DNA of 48,537 nucleotides. Origin: Piscinibacter sp. Lineage in GTDB: Bacteria > Pseudomonadota > Gammaproteobacteria > Burkholderiales > Burkholderiaceae_C. The notes below the pieces were generated by a model that saw nothing but the letters and a program-made list of their open reading frames with translations, did not search any database and was not told where the DNA came from. Positions 1 through 10,068 of this stretch are shown here, piece after piece. The translations under genes and the position numbers were made by a program. The first letter of the stretch is position 1. Each line of letters opens with the position of its first letter. The DNA is taken from contig DATFAY010000303.1 of assembly GCA_035254085.1 (NCBI GenBank), forward strand, positions 1 through 48,537, in the 5' to 3' direction.

Positions 1-994
1 CGCCGCGCAGTTCAACACCTCCAAGCAGTTCCTGGACATGGTCGACCAGGGCATGCTCAACCCGATGGACGACGTGGCCCTGCGCGACGGCTGGGACCGC
101 ATCCTGCCCGAGACGGTGCTCGGCGTGATCAAGGTGCGCGGCCATTACTACGCGGTGCCGGTGAACATCCACATGCCCACGTGGATCTGGTACTCGAAGG
201 CCGCGTTCAAGAAGGCGGGCATCGCGAGCGAGCCGAAGTCGATGGACGAGCTCTTCGCCGCGCTCGACAAGCTGAAGGCCGCGGGCCTCGTGCCGCTGGC
301 CCACGGCGGGCAGGCCTGGCAGGACAACATCGTCTTCACCGCCGTGTTGACCAACGTCGGCGGCCGCGAGCTGTACCTCAAGATCCTGCGCGATCGCGAC
401 CCGAAGGCGATCCAGTCGGAAGCCTTCAGGAACGTGCTGGTGACGTTCAAGCGCCTGCAGTCGTACGTGGACAAGGGCTCGCCGGGGCGCAACTGGAACG
501 ACGCCACCGCCATGGTCATCACCGGCAAGGCCGGCGTGCAGTTCATGGGCGACTGGGCCAAGGGAGAGTTCGCACTGGCCGACCAGGTGCCCGGGCGCGA
601 CTACGGCTGCATCGCCGGCTTCGGTCCGGCCTCGCCCTACGTCATCCAGGGCGACGTGCTGGTGTTCCCGAAGACCTCGAACCCCGAGGCCGTCAAGGCG
701 CAGAAGCTGCTCGCCAGCGTGGTCATCGCGCCGGCCACGCAAGTCGCCTTCAGCATGAAGAAGGGCTCGATCCCGGTGCGCACCGACGTCGACGCGTCCA
801 AGATGGACCTGTGCGCGCAGCAGGGCCTGGCCATCATGAGGGACAAATCGCGCCAGCTCGGCAACGGCGAGGTCTACCTCACCCCCGACCAGAACGGCGC
901 CCTCGCGGACATCCTCACCGCCTTCTGGAATCGCAACATTCCCGTCGAGAAGGTGCAGCGCGACATCGCCGCGGCGCTGAAGAGCGGCAGTTGA
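1..994 (+). CDS. Sugar ABC transporter substrate-binding protein (5' partial)
   Basis: Frame is open from the window edge (AAQFNTSKQFLDM...). Carbohydrate-SBP-like motifs YYAVPVNIH, PLAHGGQAWQ, QFMGDWAKGE, KGSIP. Followed by two permeases and an ATPase. Confidence 0.9.
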   Translation, partial: AAQFNTSKQFLDMVDQGMLNPMDDVALRDGWDRILPETVLGVIKVRGHYYAVPVNIHMPTWIWYSKAAFKKAGIASEPKSMDELFAALDKLKAAGLVPLAHGGQAWQDNIVFTAVLTNVGGRELYLKILRDRDPKAIQSEAFRNVLVTFKRLQSYVDKGSPGRNWNDATAMVITGKAGVQFMGDWAKGEFALADQVPGRDYGCIAGFGPASPYVIQGDVLVFPKTSNPEAVKAQKLLASVVIAPATQVAFSMKKGSIPVRTDVDASKMDLCAQQGLAIMRDKSRQLGNGEVYLTPDQNGALADILTAFWNRNIPVEKVQRDIAAALKSGS

Positions 995-1014
995 CCCGGC
1001 GCGCCGATCGAACC

Positions 1015-1911
1015 ATGACCGTCCGGGCCAGTCACGTCCGTCGCCAGCTCGTCGTCTGGTCGGCGCTCTTGCCGATGCTGCTGGCCGTTCTGGTGGGCTA
1101 CCTGTGCACCACCCTCTGGTCGCTGCGCATCTCTCTCAGCAGCTCGCGCACCTTTCCCGCGTACGACTTCGTCGGCCTGGCGCAGTTCGAGCGCCTGTTC
1201 GACAACGAACGCTGGCTCGCGTCGCTGCAGAACCTCGCGGTGTACGGCACGCTCTTCATCGCCGGCAGCATGCTCATCGGCTTCCTGCTGGCGGTGTTCA
1301 TCGACCAGAGGGTGCGCGCCGAGGGCCTGCTGCGCACGATCTTCCTGTACCCGTACGCGATGTCCTTCGTCGCGACCGGGCTGGTCTGGCAATGGGTGCT
1401 CAACCCCGGCAACGGCCTGCAGCACACCATGCGCGAGATGGGCTGGACGGACTTCACCTTCGAGTGGATCGTCGAGCAGGACCGCGTGATCTACACCATC
1501 GTCATCGCCGCCGTGTGGCAGGCCTCCGGGCTGGTGATGGCGCTGATGCTCGCTGGCATGCGCGGCATCGACGAGGAGATCTGGAAGGCGTCGCGCCTGG
1601 ACGGCATTCCCGCCTGGCGCGTCTACCTGTCGATCGTGCTGCCCATGCTGGCGCCCACCGTGGCCACCGTGTTCCTGCTGCTGGCCACCGCGGTGGTGAA
1701 GGTGTTCGACTCGGTCGTCTCGATGACGCAGGGCGGCCCGGGCACCGCGAGCGACGTGCCCGCGAAATTCATCATGGACCACCTGTTCGCGCGCTCGAAC
1801 ATCGCGCTCGCATCGGCGGGGTCGATCGTCCTGCTGCTCACGGTGCTCATGCTCGTGGCGCCCTGGGCCTACGTGCGCCATGTCAACGCGCGCCGGCAGG
1901 AGCGGGCATGA
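1015..1911 (+). CDS. Sugar ABC transporter permease (MalF-like)
   Basis: ATG at 1015. FVGLAQF, RTIFLYPYAMS, EAA-like loop EEIWKASRLDG; multiple hydrophobic helices. Confidence 0.9.
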   Translation: MTVRASHVRRQLVVWSALLPMLLAVLVGYLCTTLWSLRISLSSSRTFPAYDFVGLAQFERLFDNERWLASLQNLAVYGTLFIAGSMLIGFLLAVFIDQRVRAEGLLRTIFLYPYAMSFVATGLVWQWVLNPGNGLQHTMREMGWTDFTFEWIVEQDRVIYTIVIAAVWQASGLVMALMLAGMRGIDEEIWKASRLDGIPAWRVYLSIVLPMLAPTVATVFLLLATAVVKVFDSVVSMTQGGPGTASDVPAKFIMDHLFARSNIALASAGSIVLLLTVLMLVAPWAYVRHVNARRQERA

Positions 1912-2753
1912 AGCCGAGCCGCTGGCTGACCTACGCCTTCCTGCTCGGCGCCGCGCTGTTCTTCCTGGCGCCGCTGTACATCATGGTCGTCACGTCGCTG
2001 AAGACGATGAACGAGATCCGCGGCGGCAACCTGTTCTCGCTGCCGCTGCACCTCGACGTCGAGGCCTGGCGCACCGCCTGGAGCGGCGCGTGCACCGGCG
2101 TGGACTGCAACGGCGTGCGCGTGGGCTTTTGGAATTCCGTGGCCATCGCCGTGCCCAGCACCGTCTTGCCGATCCTCATCGGCGCGGTCAACGGGTACGC
2201 GCTGGCCTTCTGGCGCCCGCGCGGCGCGGCGACGCTGTTCGCGGTGCTCATGCTCGGCGCCTTCGTGCCCGTGCAGGTGATGATCTATCCGCTCGTGAAG
2301 ATCCTCGCCGCGCTGGGCATCTTCGCGTCGCTGCCGGGCATCGTGACGATCCACATCCTGTTCAGCATGCCGGTGATGACGCTGCTGTTTCGCAACTACT
2401 ACGCCGCCATTCCGCACGAGCTGTTCAAGGCGGCGCGCATCGACGGCGGCGGCTTCTGGGGCATCTTCCTGCAGGTGATGCTGCCGATGTCCAAGCCGAT
2501 CGTCATCGTCGCTTCCATCATGCAGGTCACCGGGGTGTGGAACGACTACATCCTCGGCCTCGTGTTCGCCGGGCGCGACAACCTGCCCATGACGGTGCAG
2601 CTCAACAACGTCATCAACACGACGACCGGTGAGCGTCTCTACAACGTGAACATGGCCGCCACGATCCTCACGTCGCTGGTGCCCCTGTTCGTCTATTTCT
2701 TATCCGGCCGGTGGTTCGTGCGTGGCATCGCCGACGGCGCACTGAAGGGTTGA
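1908..2753 (+). CDS. Sugar ABC transporter permease (MalG-like)
   Basis: ATGA overlap with the upstream stop. EAA loop ELFKAARIDG; WNDY motif. Confidence 0.92.
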   Translation: MKPSRWLTYAFLLGAALFFLAPLYIMVVTSLKTMNEIRGGNLFSLPLHLDVEAWRTAWSGACTGVDCNGVRVGFWNSVAIAVPSTVLPILIGAVNGYALAFWRPRGAATLFAVLMLGAFVPVQVMIYPLVKILAALGIFASLPGIVTIHILFSMPVMTLLFRNYYAAIPHELFKAARIDGGGFWGIFLQVMLPMSKPIVIVASIMQVTGVWNDYILGLVFAGRDNLPMTVQLNNVINTTTGERLYNVNMAATILTSLVPLFVYFLSGRWFVRGIADGALKG

Positions 2754-2758
2754 TTTCG

Positions 2759-3832
2759 ATGGCAAACGTGAACGTCCGGGACCTGTCCATCCGCTTCGGC
2801 GCAAACGAGGTCATCGCGGGTCTCGACCTGGACGTCGAGGAAGGCGAGTTCCTGGTGCTGCTGGGGCCCTCCGGCTGCGGCAAGTCGACCCTGCTGCACA
2901 GCATCGCGGGGCTCATCGAGATCGCCAACGGCAGCGTCGAGATCGGCGGCAAGGACATGACCCGCGCCGAGCCCAGCCAGCGCGGCATCGGCATGGTCTT
3001 CCAGTCGTACGCGCTCTATCCGACGATGACCGTGGAGCGCAACATGTCCTTCGGGCTGCGGGTGGGCGGACTGCCGCGCGCGCAGATCAAGGAGCGCGTG
3101 GACCGCGCTGCCCGCATGCTGCAGCTGGAGTCGCTGCTCGCTCGCCGGCCGGCACAGCTGTCCGGCGGCCAGCGCCAGCGCGTGGCGATCGGCCGGGCGC
3201 TGGTGCGCGAAGCCGGCGTGTTCCTCTTCGACGAGCCTCTGTCCAACCTCGACGCCAAGCTGCGCACCGAGCTGCGCCGCGAGCTCAAGCTGCTGCACAA
3301 GACGCTGGGCTCGACCATGATCTACGTGACCCACGACCAGGTCGAGGCGATGACGCTCGCCACGCGCATCGTCGTGATGCGCGGCGGCAAGGTCCAGCAG
3401 ATCGGCGCCCCCGGCCAGGTCTACGACCGCCCGGACAACCTGTTCGTCGCGGGCTTCCTCGGTGCGCCCGGAATGAACCTGGTGTCGGGCGTGCTCGAAG
3501 TGATCGAGGGCAGGCCGAGGTTCGTCTCGCCGCAGCTGTCGGTGGACGTGGGCGGCTATCTCTTCAAGTCCAAGCCGGTGCCGGGCCGGCCGGTGATCCT
3601 GGGCTTTCGACCGGAGCACGTGCAGCTGCGGCCCGATGCGCCATGGTCCGGCTCGGTGCAGCTGGTCGAACCCATGGGCAATCACCAGGTCGTGTGGATC
3701 GAGCGCGGCGGCCTCGGCTTGTCGGCCGTCCTGCACGAGTCCGGCCAGTGGAAGTCCGACGACACCGTCTCGTTCTCGATCGACCGCAACAAGCTCTCGC
3801 TGTTCGACCAGGCCGACGAATCGCGCCTGTGA
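2759..3832 (+). CDS. Sugar ABC transporter ATP-binding protein (MalK/UgpC family)
   Basis: Walker A GPSGCGKS, signature LSGGQRQR, Walker B FLFDEP, YVTHDQ, C-terminal TOBE-like region. Confidence 0.95.
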   Translation: MANVNVRDLSIRFGANEVIAGLDLDVEEGEFLVLLGPSGCGKSTLLHSIAGLIEIANGSVEIGGKDMTRAEPSQRGIGMVFQSYALYPTMTVERNMSFGLRVGGLPRAQIKERVDRAARMLQLESLLARRPAQLSGGQRQRVAIGRALVREAGVFLFDEPLSNLDAKLRTELRRELKLLHKTLGSTMIYVTHDQVEAMTLATRIVVMRGGKVQQIGAPGQVYDRPDNLFVAGFLGAPGMNLVSGVLEVIEGRPRFVSPQLSVDVGGYLFKSKPVPGRPVILGFRPEHVQLRPDAPWSGSVQLVEPMGNHQVVWIERGGLGLSAVLHESGQWKSDDTVSFSIDRNKLSLFDQADESRL

Positions 3833-3867
3833 CGCGCGCTCGAGCATCCACTTTTCGGAGATCCGCC

Positions 3868-5385
3868 ATGGCCATCACACCGGTTCGCGACATCGTCATC
3901 GTGGGTGGAGGCACCGCGGGCTGGATGACGGCCGCGGCCCTGTCCAAGCTGCTGCACGGGCAATACCGCATCCGCCTGATCGAGTCCGACGAGATCGGCA
4001 CCATCGGCGTCGGCGAAGCGACGATCCCGAACATCAAGAACTTCAACCACGCGCTGGAGATCGACGAGGACGAATTCCTGCGCGCGACCCAGGGCACGTT
4101 CAAGCTCGGCATCGAGTTCGTCAACTGGGGTGGCCTGGGCGATCGCTACATCCACGGCTTCGGCAAGATCGGCCAGGAATTCGCCGGCGTGCCCTTCCAC
4201 CACTATTGGCTGCGCATGGCGCAGGAAGGCCGGGCGAAGGAGCTGGAAGCCTATTCCATCAACACCGCCGCGCCCGCGCGTGCGCGCTTCATGCGTGCGC
4301 GCGCCGACATGCAGGGCTCGCCGCTGGCCGACATCGCCAACGCCTTCCATTTCGACGCCGGGCTGTACGCGCGCTACCTGCGCGTGCAGGCCGAGCGGCG
4401 CGGCGTGCTGCGCACCGAGGGCAAGGTGGTGCAGGTGCAGCAGCGCGATCCCGACGGCTTCATCGACGCCATCGTGATGGCCGGCGGCGAGCGCATCGCC
4501 GGGGACTTCTTCATCGACTGCTCCGGCATGCGCGCCCTGCTGATCGAGCAGACGCTCAAGACCGGCTTCGAGGACTGGTCGCATTGGCTGCCGTGCGACC
4601 GCGCGATCGCCGTGCCCTGCGCGCCGGCCGGCCCGCTGGTGCCGATCACGCGCTCCACGGCGCACTCCGCCGGTTGGCAGTGGCGCATTCCGCTGCAGCA
4701 CCGCACCGGCAACGGGCATGTCTTCTCGAGCCGCTTCATGAGCGAGGACGAGGCTACCGCGATCCTGCTGGACCATCTCGACGGCCCGCCCATCGCATCG
4801 CCGCGCACCATCCGGTTCACGGCCGGGCGCCGCAAGCGCATGTGGAATCGCAACTGCGTCGCCGTGGGCCTGTCCAGCGGATTCCTCGAGCCGCTGGAGT
4901 CCACCAGCATCCACCTCATCCAGACCGCCGTCGCGCGCATCGTGTCGCTGTTTCCGCACCAGGGCTTCGACGCCGCCGACATCGACGAATTCAACGCCCA
5001 GGCCCAGTTCGAGTACGAGCGCATCCGCGACTTCATCGTCCTGCACTACAAGGCCACCGAGCGCGACGACTCGCCGTTCTGGAATTACTGCCGCCAGATG
5101 GACACGCCGGAGTCGCTGCGCCGCAAGATGGAGCTGTTCGCGAGCAACGGCCGCATCTTCCGCGAAGGCAACGAGCTCTTCGCCGAGGTGAGCTGGCTGC
5201 AGGTGATGCACGGCCAGCGCATGCGGCCCCGGGCCTACCACCCGCTGGTGGACCTCGCTTCGTCCGACGAGATCGCGAGCCTGCTCGAGGACGTCGAGAC
5301 GGTCGTGCGCAAGTGCGTCGACGTGATGCCCACGCACGCCGAGTTCATCGCCGCCCATTGCGCCAGCAACGGAGCACCGGCGTGA
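3868..5385 (+). CDS. Flavin-dependent tryptophan-halogenase family protein
   Basis: GGGTAG FAD motif, IGVGEAT, TFKLGIEF (catalytic Lys), WQWRIP (WxWxIP), FLEPLESTSI. RBS GGAG before ATG 3868. Confidence 0.92.
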   Translation: MAITPVRDIVIVGGGTAGWMTAAALSKLLHGQYRIRLIESDEIGTIGVGEATIPNIKNFNHALEIDEDEFLRATQGTFKLGIEFVNWGGLGDRYIHGFGKIGQEFAGVPFHHYWLRMAQEGRAKELEAYSINTAAPARARFMRARADMQGSPLADIANAFHFDAGLYARYLRVQAERRGVLRTEGKVVQVQQRDPDGFIDAIVMAGGERIAGDFFIDCSGMRALLIEQTLKTGFEDWSHWLPCDRAIAVPCAPAGPLVPITRSTAHSAGWQWRIPLQHRTGNGHVFSSRFMSEDEATAILLDHLDGPPIASPRTIRFTAGRRKRMWNRNCVAVGLSSGFLEPLESTSIHLIQTAVARIVSLFPHQGFDAADIDEFNAQAQFEYERIRDFIVLHYKATERDDSPFWNYCRQMDTPESLRRKMELFASNGRIFREGNELFAEVSWLQVMHGQRMRPRAYHPLVDLASSDEIASLLEDVETVVRKCVDVMPTHAEFIAAHCASNGAPA

Positions 5386-6287
5386 GCCGGGCCTCGTGGG
5401 CGATCGCGCTGCGCGCGCGCAGCGTCGCGGCCGCGGTGGGCGCCGCGCTGGTCCTTGCCGCGTGCGCGCAGGGCGGCGCCCCGGCCCGCGACGGCTCGGC
5501 ATCGGCGGCCGCCACGTCCATCGAGGTCGCCACCTACAACCTGCGCCTCAATCTGGCGCAGGACGGCCCCAATGCCTGGCCGCACCGGCGCGACGCGGTC
5601 AAGGCGCTCATCCGCTACCACGGCTGGGACCTCTTCGGCACACAGGAGGGCCTGATCGACCAGATCCGCGACCTCGAATCGATGTCCGAATACGCGCGCG
5701 TCGGCGTGGGACGCGACGACGGCGCCGAGCGCGGCGAGCACTCGGCCATCTTCTTCCGTCGAGATCGCTTCGAGCTGCTCGGCCACGGCGACTTCTGGCT
5801 GAGCCCGACGCCCGAAGTGCCCTCGCTCGGCTGGGACGCGACCTGCTGCAAGCGCCTGGCCACCTGGGCGCGCCTGCGCGAGCGCCGCAGCGGCAAGCAC
5901 CTGCTCGTGCTCAGCGCGCATTTCGACCACGAGGGCCGCACGGCCCAGCTGGAGTCCGCCCGCCTCGTGCTGCGCAAGCTGAAGGAGCTCTCGCGCGGCG
6001 AGTTGGTGATCTGCCTGGGCGACTTCAATTCGACGCCCGAGACGCCGCAGATGCGGGCCATGAGTGCCGAGCTGCGCGACGCGCGCCTGGCCAGCGAGTC
6101 GGCGCCGTACGGGCCGCAGGGCACCTTCAACGACTTCGTGTTCGATGCCCCGATGGACCGGCGCATCGACTACGTCTTCGTGGGGCCCGGCATCCGCGTG
6201 CTGCGCTACGCCGTGCTCACCGATTCGGTCCGGGGCCGCTATCCGTCGGACCACCACCCGGTCCTCACGCGGCTCGCGCTGGACTGA
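5382..6287 (+). CDS. Endonuclease/exonuclease/phosphatase (EEP) family lipoprotein
   Basis: GTGA overlap with the halogenase stop. Lipobox LAAC. Motifs TYNLR, GTQE, GDFN, RIDYVF, SDHHPV. Confidence 0.88.
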   Translation: MSRASWAIALRARSVAAAVGAALVLAACAQGGAPARDGSASAAATSIEVATYNLRLNLAQDGPNAWPHRRDAVKALIRYHGWDLFGTQEGLIDQIRDLESMSEYARVGVGRDDGAERGEHSAIFFRRDRFELLGHGDFWLSPTPEVPSLGWDATCCKRLATWARLRERRSGKHLLVLSAHFDHEGRTAQLESARLVLRKLKELSRGELVICLGDFNSTPETPQMRAMSAELRDARLASESAPYGPQGTFNDFVFDAPMDRRIDYVFVGPGIRVLRYAVLTDSVRGRYPSDHHPVLTRLALD

Positions 6288-6319
6288 ACCATCCAACGAC
6301 TTCGCCACAGGGAGACACC

Positions 6320-7786
6320 ATGCGCGACATTTCCTCGGCGCACCGCCGACCCCGCAGCCTCGCGCTGCTGGCCGCGGCCGCCCTCCTGGCCTCGTGCGGC
6401 TCGACCGCGCCTGATGCGCCGCCGGCCGTGGCAGCGCCAGGCGCCGCGGCGGTCTGGGTCACTTCGGGCGACCACACCCGGCTGCTGGCGCGCGGCGACG
6501 ACATCGCCTTCGACGCCGCGCCTGCGGCTGCGCTTCACATCGAGGTCGATGTGCAGCGCCGCTACCAGACGATGGCGGGCTTCGGCGCGTCGCTCACCGA
6601 TTCCTCGGCCTGGCTCATCGCGCGCTTGCCCGCGGCGCAACGCAAGGCACTGCTCGAGGAGCTGTTCGGCCGCGGACCCGGCGGCATCGGTCTCGAAGTC
6701 GCGCGGCTGACCATCGGCGCCTCCGACTTCTCGCGCCAGCACTACTCGCTCGACGACCGCCCGGCCGGCGAGTCCGACCCCACGCTCGCGAACTTCTCCA
6801 TCGACGCCAATCGGGCCGACGTGCTGCCGGTCATCCGCGAGGCGCTGGCCGTCAATCCCGCCCTCAAGGTCATGGCCTCGCCCTGGAGCGCGCCGGGGTG
6901 GATGAAGACGAGCGGCAGCCTGGTGCAGGGCTCGCTCAGGCCCGACATGCACGACGCCTTCGCGCGCTATCTCGTGCGCTACGTGCAGGCCTATGCGGCC
7001 GAGGGCGTGCCGATCTTCGCGCTCACGGTGCAGAACGAGCCGCACTTCGAACCGCCCGACTATCCCGGCATGCGCATCGATCCGCCGGCGCGCGCCGCGC
7101 TGATCGGCAGGCATCTCGGCCCCTTGCTGCGGGCGCAGGGCCTGGCCACCCAGATCCTCGAATGGGACCACAACTGGGACGACCCGCAGGCGCCGCTGAC
7201 GGTACTGGCGGACCCGGTCGCATCGAGCTACATCAGCGGCGTCGCATGGCACTGCTACGCCGGCGACGTGCGCTCGCAGAGCACGGTGCACGACGCGCAT
7301 CCCGACAAGGACGTCTGGTTCACCGAATGCTCGGGCGGCGAATGGAACCGCGAGTGGCCGCAGGCCCTGCCCTGGTACGCCAGCCACATCGTCATCGGCG
7401 CCAGCCGCGAATGGGCGCGCGGCGTACTGATGTGGAACTTCGCGCTCGACGAGAAGTTCGGCCCGCACCTGGGCGGCTGCAGCAACTGCCGCGGCGTGGT
7501 GACCATCGACTCGGCGACGGGGGCGGTCACGCGCAACCTGGAGTACTACGCACTGGCCCACGCGAGCAAGTTCGTGCGCCCCGGCGCGCAGCGCATCGGA
7601 TCGACCGGCGCGGTCGGCGAGCTCGACAACGTCGCCTTCCGAAACGCGGACGACGGCTCGCGCGTGCTGGTGGTCTCCAACGCTGCGACGCAGGCGCGCC
7701 AATTCAGCGTGAACGAGGGCGGCCGGCGCTTTCGCTTCAGCATCCCCGCCGGCAGCCTGGCCACCTTCACCTGGCCCGAACGCTGA
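6320..7786 (+). CDS. Glycoside hydrolase family 30 (beta-1,6-glucanase/glucosylceramidase-like), lipoprotein
   Basis: RBS GGAGA; lipobox LASC. GFGASLTD, ASPWSAPGWMK, QNEP acid/base, WFTECS nucleophile, HASKFVRPGA. Confidence 0.9.
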   Translation: MRDISSAHRRPRSLALLAAAALLASCGSTAPDAPPAVAAPGAAAVWVTSGDHTRLLARGDDIAFDAAPAAALHIEVDVQRRYQTMAGFGASLTDSSAWLIARLPAAQRKALLEELFGRGPGGIGLEVARLTIGASDFSRQHYSLDDRPAGESDPTLANFSIDANRADVLPVIREALAVNPALKVMASPWSAPGWMKTSGSLVQGSLRPDMHDAFARYLVRYVQAYAAEGVPIFALTVQNEPHFEPPDYPGMRIDPPARAALIGRHLGPLLRAQGLATQILEWDHNWDDPQAPLTVLADPVASSYISGVAWHCYAGDVRSQSTVHDAHPDKDVWFTECSGGEWNREWPQALPWYASHIVIGASREWARGVLMWNFALDEKFGPHLGGCSNCRGVVTIDSATGAVTRNLEYYALAHASKFVRPGAQRIGSTGAVGELDNVAFRNADDGSRVLVVSNAATQARQFSVNEGGRRFRFSIPAGSLATFTWPER

Positions 7787-7789
7787 GCG

Positions 7790-7811
7790 GCGCGGGGCCG
7801 CGGCCCCGCGC
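7790..7811. terminator. Perfect GC-rich palindrome between convergent GH30 and GH16 genes (possible bidirectional terminator)
   Basis: GCGCGGGGCCG|CGGCCCCGCGC in the 30-bp gap between two stop codons; no clear U-tract. Confidence 0.55.
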
Positions 7812-7816
7812 GTCGT

Positions 7817-8662
7817 TCAGCGTGGCGCTTGCCAGATGCGCACGTAGTCGACTTCCATCGTCACCGGCAGGGCCGCGTCGTCGACCGGCCCGCCCAGGTC
7901 GCCGCCGATGGCGACGTTGAGGATCATGAACTGCGGCTTGTCGAAGGGCCACTGGTCGGTGCCGGTGTGGCGGTTCAGGTAGCGCAGCTGCGGCCAGCCG
8001 TCGACGGCGAACTCGACGTACTCCGGCGTCCAGTGCATCTGGTAGTCGTGGAAGGCGGTGCAGGCGTCGGGCAGGTGGACCGCGCCGACCGTGCCGTAGC
8101 CGCCGCTGCCCGCGGTCACGTGCACCGCACTGGACACGCGCTCGGGCCGGCTGCCGACGTGCTCCATGATGTCGAGCTCGCCGTCCGCGGGCCATCGGCC
8201 GCCGCTGCCCACGACCCAGATCGCCGGCCACGTGCCCTTGCCGCAGGGCATCCTGGCGCGGATGTCGTAGAAGCCGTAAGTCCAATCGCCCTTGCCCTTG
8301 GTGATGAGGCGCGCCGACGTGTAGTGCTGGCCGCCCCAGTCGGGCTCGCGAGACAGCGACTCGCGCCGCGCGGTGATGCGCAGCACGCCGTTCTTGACGA
8401 GCGCGTTCTCGGCGCGAGGGCCCGCGTAGTACTGCAGCTCGTGGTTGTACCAGCCCTCGCGGTTGCGGCCGGTGTCGAAGCTCCAGCGGCGCGCGTCGGG
8501 CAGGCCGTCGACGTCGAACTCGTCGGACCAGACCAGGCGGTAGTCCGCCGGGCGCTGCAGCGGCGCGCGCGCGCCGGCGCCGGCGACCGGCGCGACGCCG
8601 GCCGGATGGCTGCACGCGGCCAGGGCTGCGGCGGCGAGCAGGGTGGGGAAGGCATGGCGCAT
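7817..8662 (-). CDS. Glycoside hydrolase family 16 (laminarinase/beta-1,3-glucanase-like), lipoprotein
   Basis: Start MRHAF at 8662 after AAGGA; lipobox LAAC. WSDEF, YTSARL, WPAIW, catalytic GELDIME, PFDKP..ILNVAIGG. Confidence 0.92.
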   Translation of the reverse strand: MRHAFPTLLAAAALAACSHPAGVAPVAGAGARAPLQRPADYRLVWSDEFDVDGLPDARRWSFDTGRNREGWYNHELQYYAGPRAENALVKNGVLRITARRESLSREPDWGGQHYTSARLITKGKGDWTYGFYDIRARMPCGKGTWPAIWVVGSGGRWPADGELDIMEHVGSRPERVSSAVHVTAGSGGYGTVGAVHLPDACTAFHDYQMHWTPEYVEFAVDGWPQLRYLNRHTGTDQWPFDKPQFMILNVAIGGDLGGPVDDAALPVTMEVDYVRIWQAPR

Positions 8663-8709
8663 GAATGTGTCCTTGCGGAGGGGGTCGGGGCAAAGGCAGC
8701 GCAGCGTGG

Positions 8710-10068
8710 TCAGCCGCGGCGTAGGGCGCGCCAGGCGGCGAGCGCGTCGCGGTACCACCTGGCGCTCGCCTTGGGCGTGCGCGCGAGCGTCGCGTAGTCC
8801 ACGTGCACGATGCCGAAGCGCTTGGCGTAGCCGCTCGCCCACTCGAAGTTGTCCATCAGGCTCCACACGAAGTAGCCGGCCATCGGCACGCCCTGGCGCG
8901 CGGCGTCCGCCACCGCGGCGATGTGCGTGCGCAGGTAGTCAGTGCGGTCGGCGTCGTCCACGCGTCCGTCGACCAGCGGATCGGGGAAGGCGCCGCCGTT
9001 CTCGGTGATCACGAGCGGCGGCACCGGGTAGTCGCGCTTCAGGCGCACGAGCAGTTGCGTGAGGCTCTTCGGCGTGATCTCCCAGCCCATCTCGGTGACG
9101 GGCAGGCCGTGTGCGCGCGCGTCGAACGGTCCTTCGGCAGACGAGACGTTGCGCGTGTAGTAGTTGACGCCGAGGAAGTCCATCGGCGCGGCGATCGCGG
9201 CGAGGTCGCCGGCCAGGATGTCGGGCGCCTCGCTGCCCAGTTCCTCCAGCACCTCGTCCGGGTAGCGGCCGCGGAACAGCGGGTCCAGGTACCAGCGCAG
9301 GCCTCGCGCGTCGTCCATGCGCGCCTTCGCCGCGTCGGCGTCCGAGGCCGTGAGCGGATCGCTCGGCGACATGTTCAGCACGATCCCGAGCGGCGCGCGG
9401 CAGCCCTCCGCACGCAGCGCCGCCAGCGCGAGGCCGTGGCTCAGCAGCAGGTGGTGCGACACCTGCATCGCGGTCGCGCGGCTCTTGATGCCGGGGGCGA
9501 AGATGCCCTGCTCATGGCCGAGCACCGCCACCACCCAGGGCTCGTTGTGCGTCGCGATGCTGGCCACGCGATCGCCCAGGCGCCGCTGCACGCCGAGCGC
9601 GTAGTCGACGAAGCGGTGCACGGTGTCGCGCGAGGCCCAGCCGCCGCGGTCCTGCAGCGCCTGCGGCAGGTCCCAGTGGTACAGCGTGAGGTAGGGCCTG
9701 ATGTTGCGCGCGAGCAGGCCGTCGACCAGCCTGTCGTAGAAGGCCAGGCCGCGCTCGTTCCACGCGCCGTGGCCGGCCGGCTGCACGCGCGGCCACGCGA
9801 TCGAGAAGCGGTAGGCGTCCACGCCCAGTGATGCGATCAGGTCCAGATCGGATTCGAGCCGGTGGTAGTGATCGCAGGCGAGCTCGCCGTTGCTCGCGTC
9901 GGCGATGGCACCCGGCCGCCGGCAGAACGTGTCCCAGATCGACTCGCCCTTGCCGTCCTCGCGGGCGGCACCCTCGATCTGGAAGGCGCTGGTGGCGACG
10001 CCCCAGGTGAAATCAGGCGGCAACGCCTGGGTGGGATCGATGGGCAGGCCGCGGGCCGTCGGGTTCAT
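8710..10068 (-). CDS. GH1 beta-glucosidase
   Basis: FTWGVATSAFQIEG, YRFSIAWPR, TLYHWDLP, THNEP, ITENG, WSLMDNFEW. ATG overlaps the upstream permease stop. Confidence 0.95.
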   Translation of the reverse strand: MNPTARGLPIDPTQALPPDFTWGVATSAFQIEGAAREDGKGESIWDTFCRRPGAIADASNGELACDHYHRLESDLDLIASLGVDAYRFSIAWPRVQPAGHGAWNERGLAFYDRLVDGLLARNIRPYLTLYHWDLPQALQDRGGWASRDTVHRFVDYALGVQRRLGDRVASIATHNEPWVVAVLGHEQGIFAPGIKSRATAMQVSHHLLLSHGLALAALRAEGCRAPLGIVLNMSPSDPLTASDADAAKARMDDARGLRWYLDPLFRGRYPDEVLEELGSEAPDILAGDLAAIAAPMDFLGVNYYTRNVSSAEGPFDARAHGLPVTEMGWEITPKSLTQLLVRLKRDYPVPPLVITENGGAFPDPLVDGRVDDADRTDYLRTHIAAVADAARQGVPMAGYFVWSLMDNFEWASGYAKRFGIVHVDYATLARTPKASARWYRDALAAWRALRRG

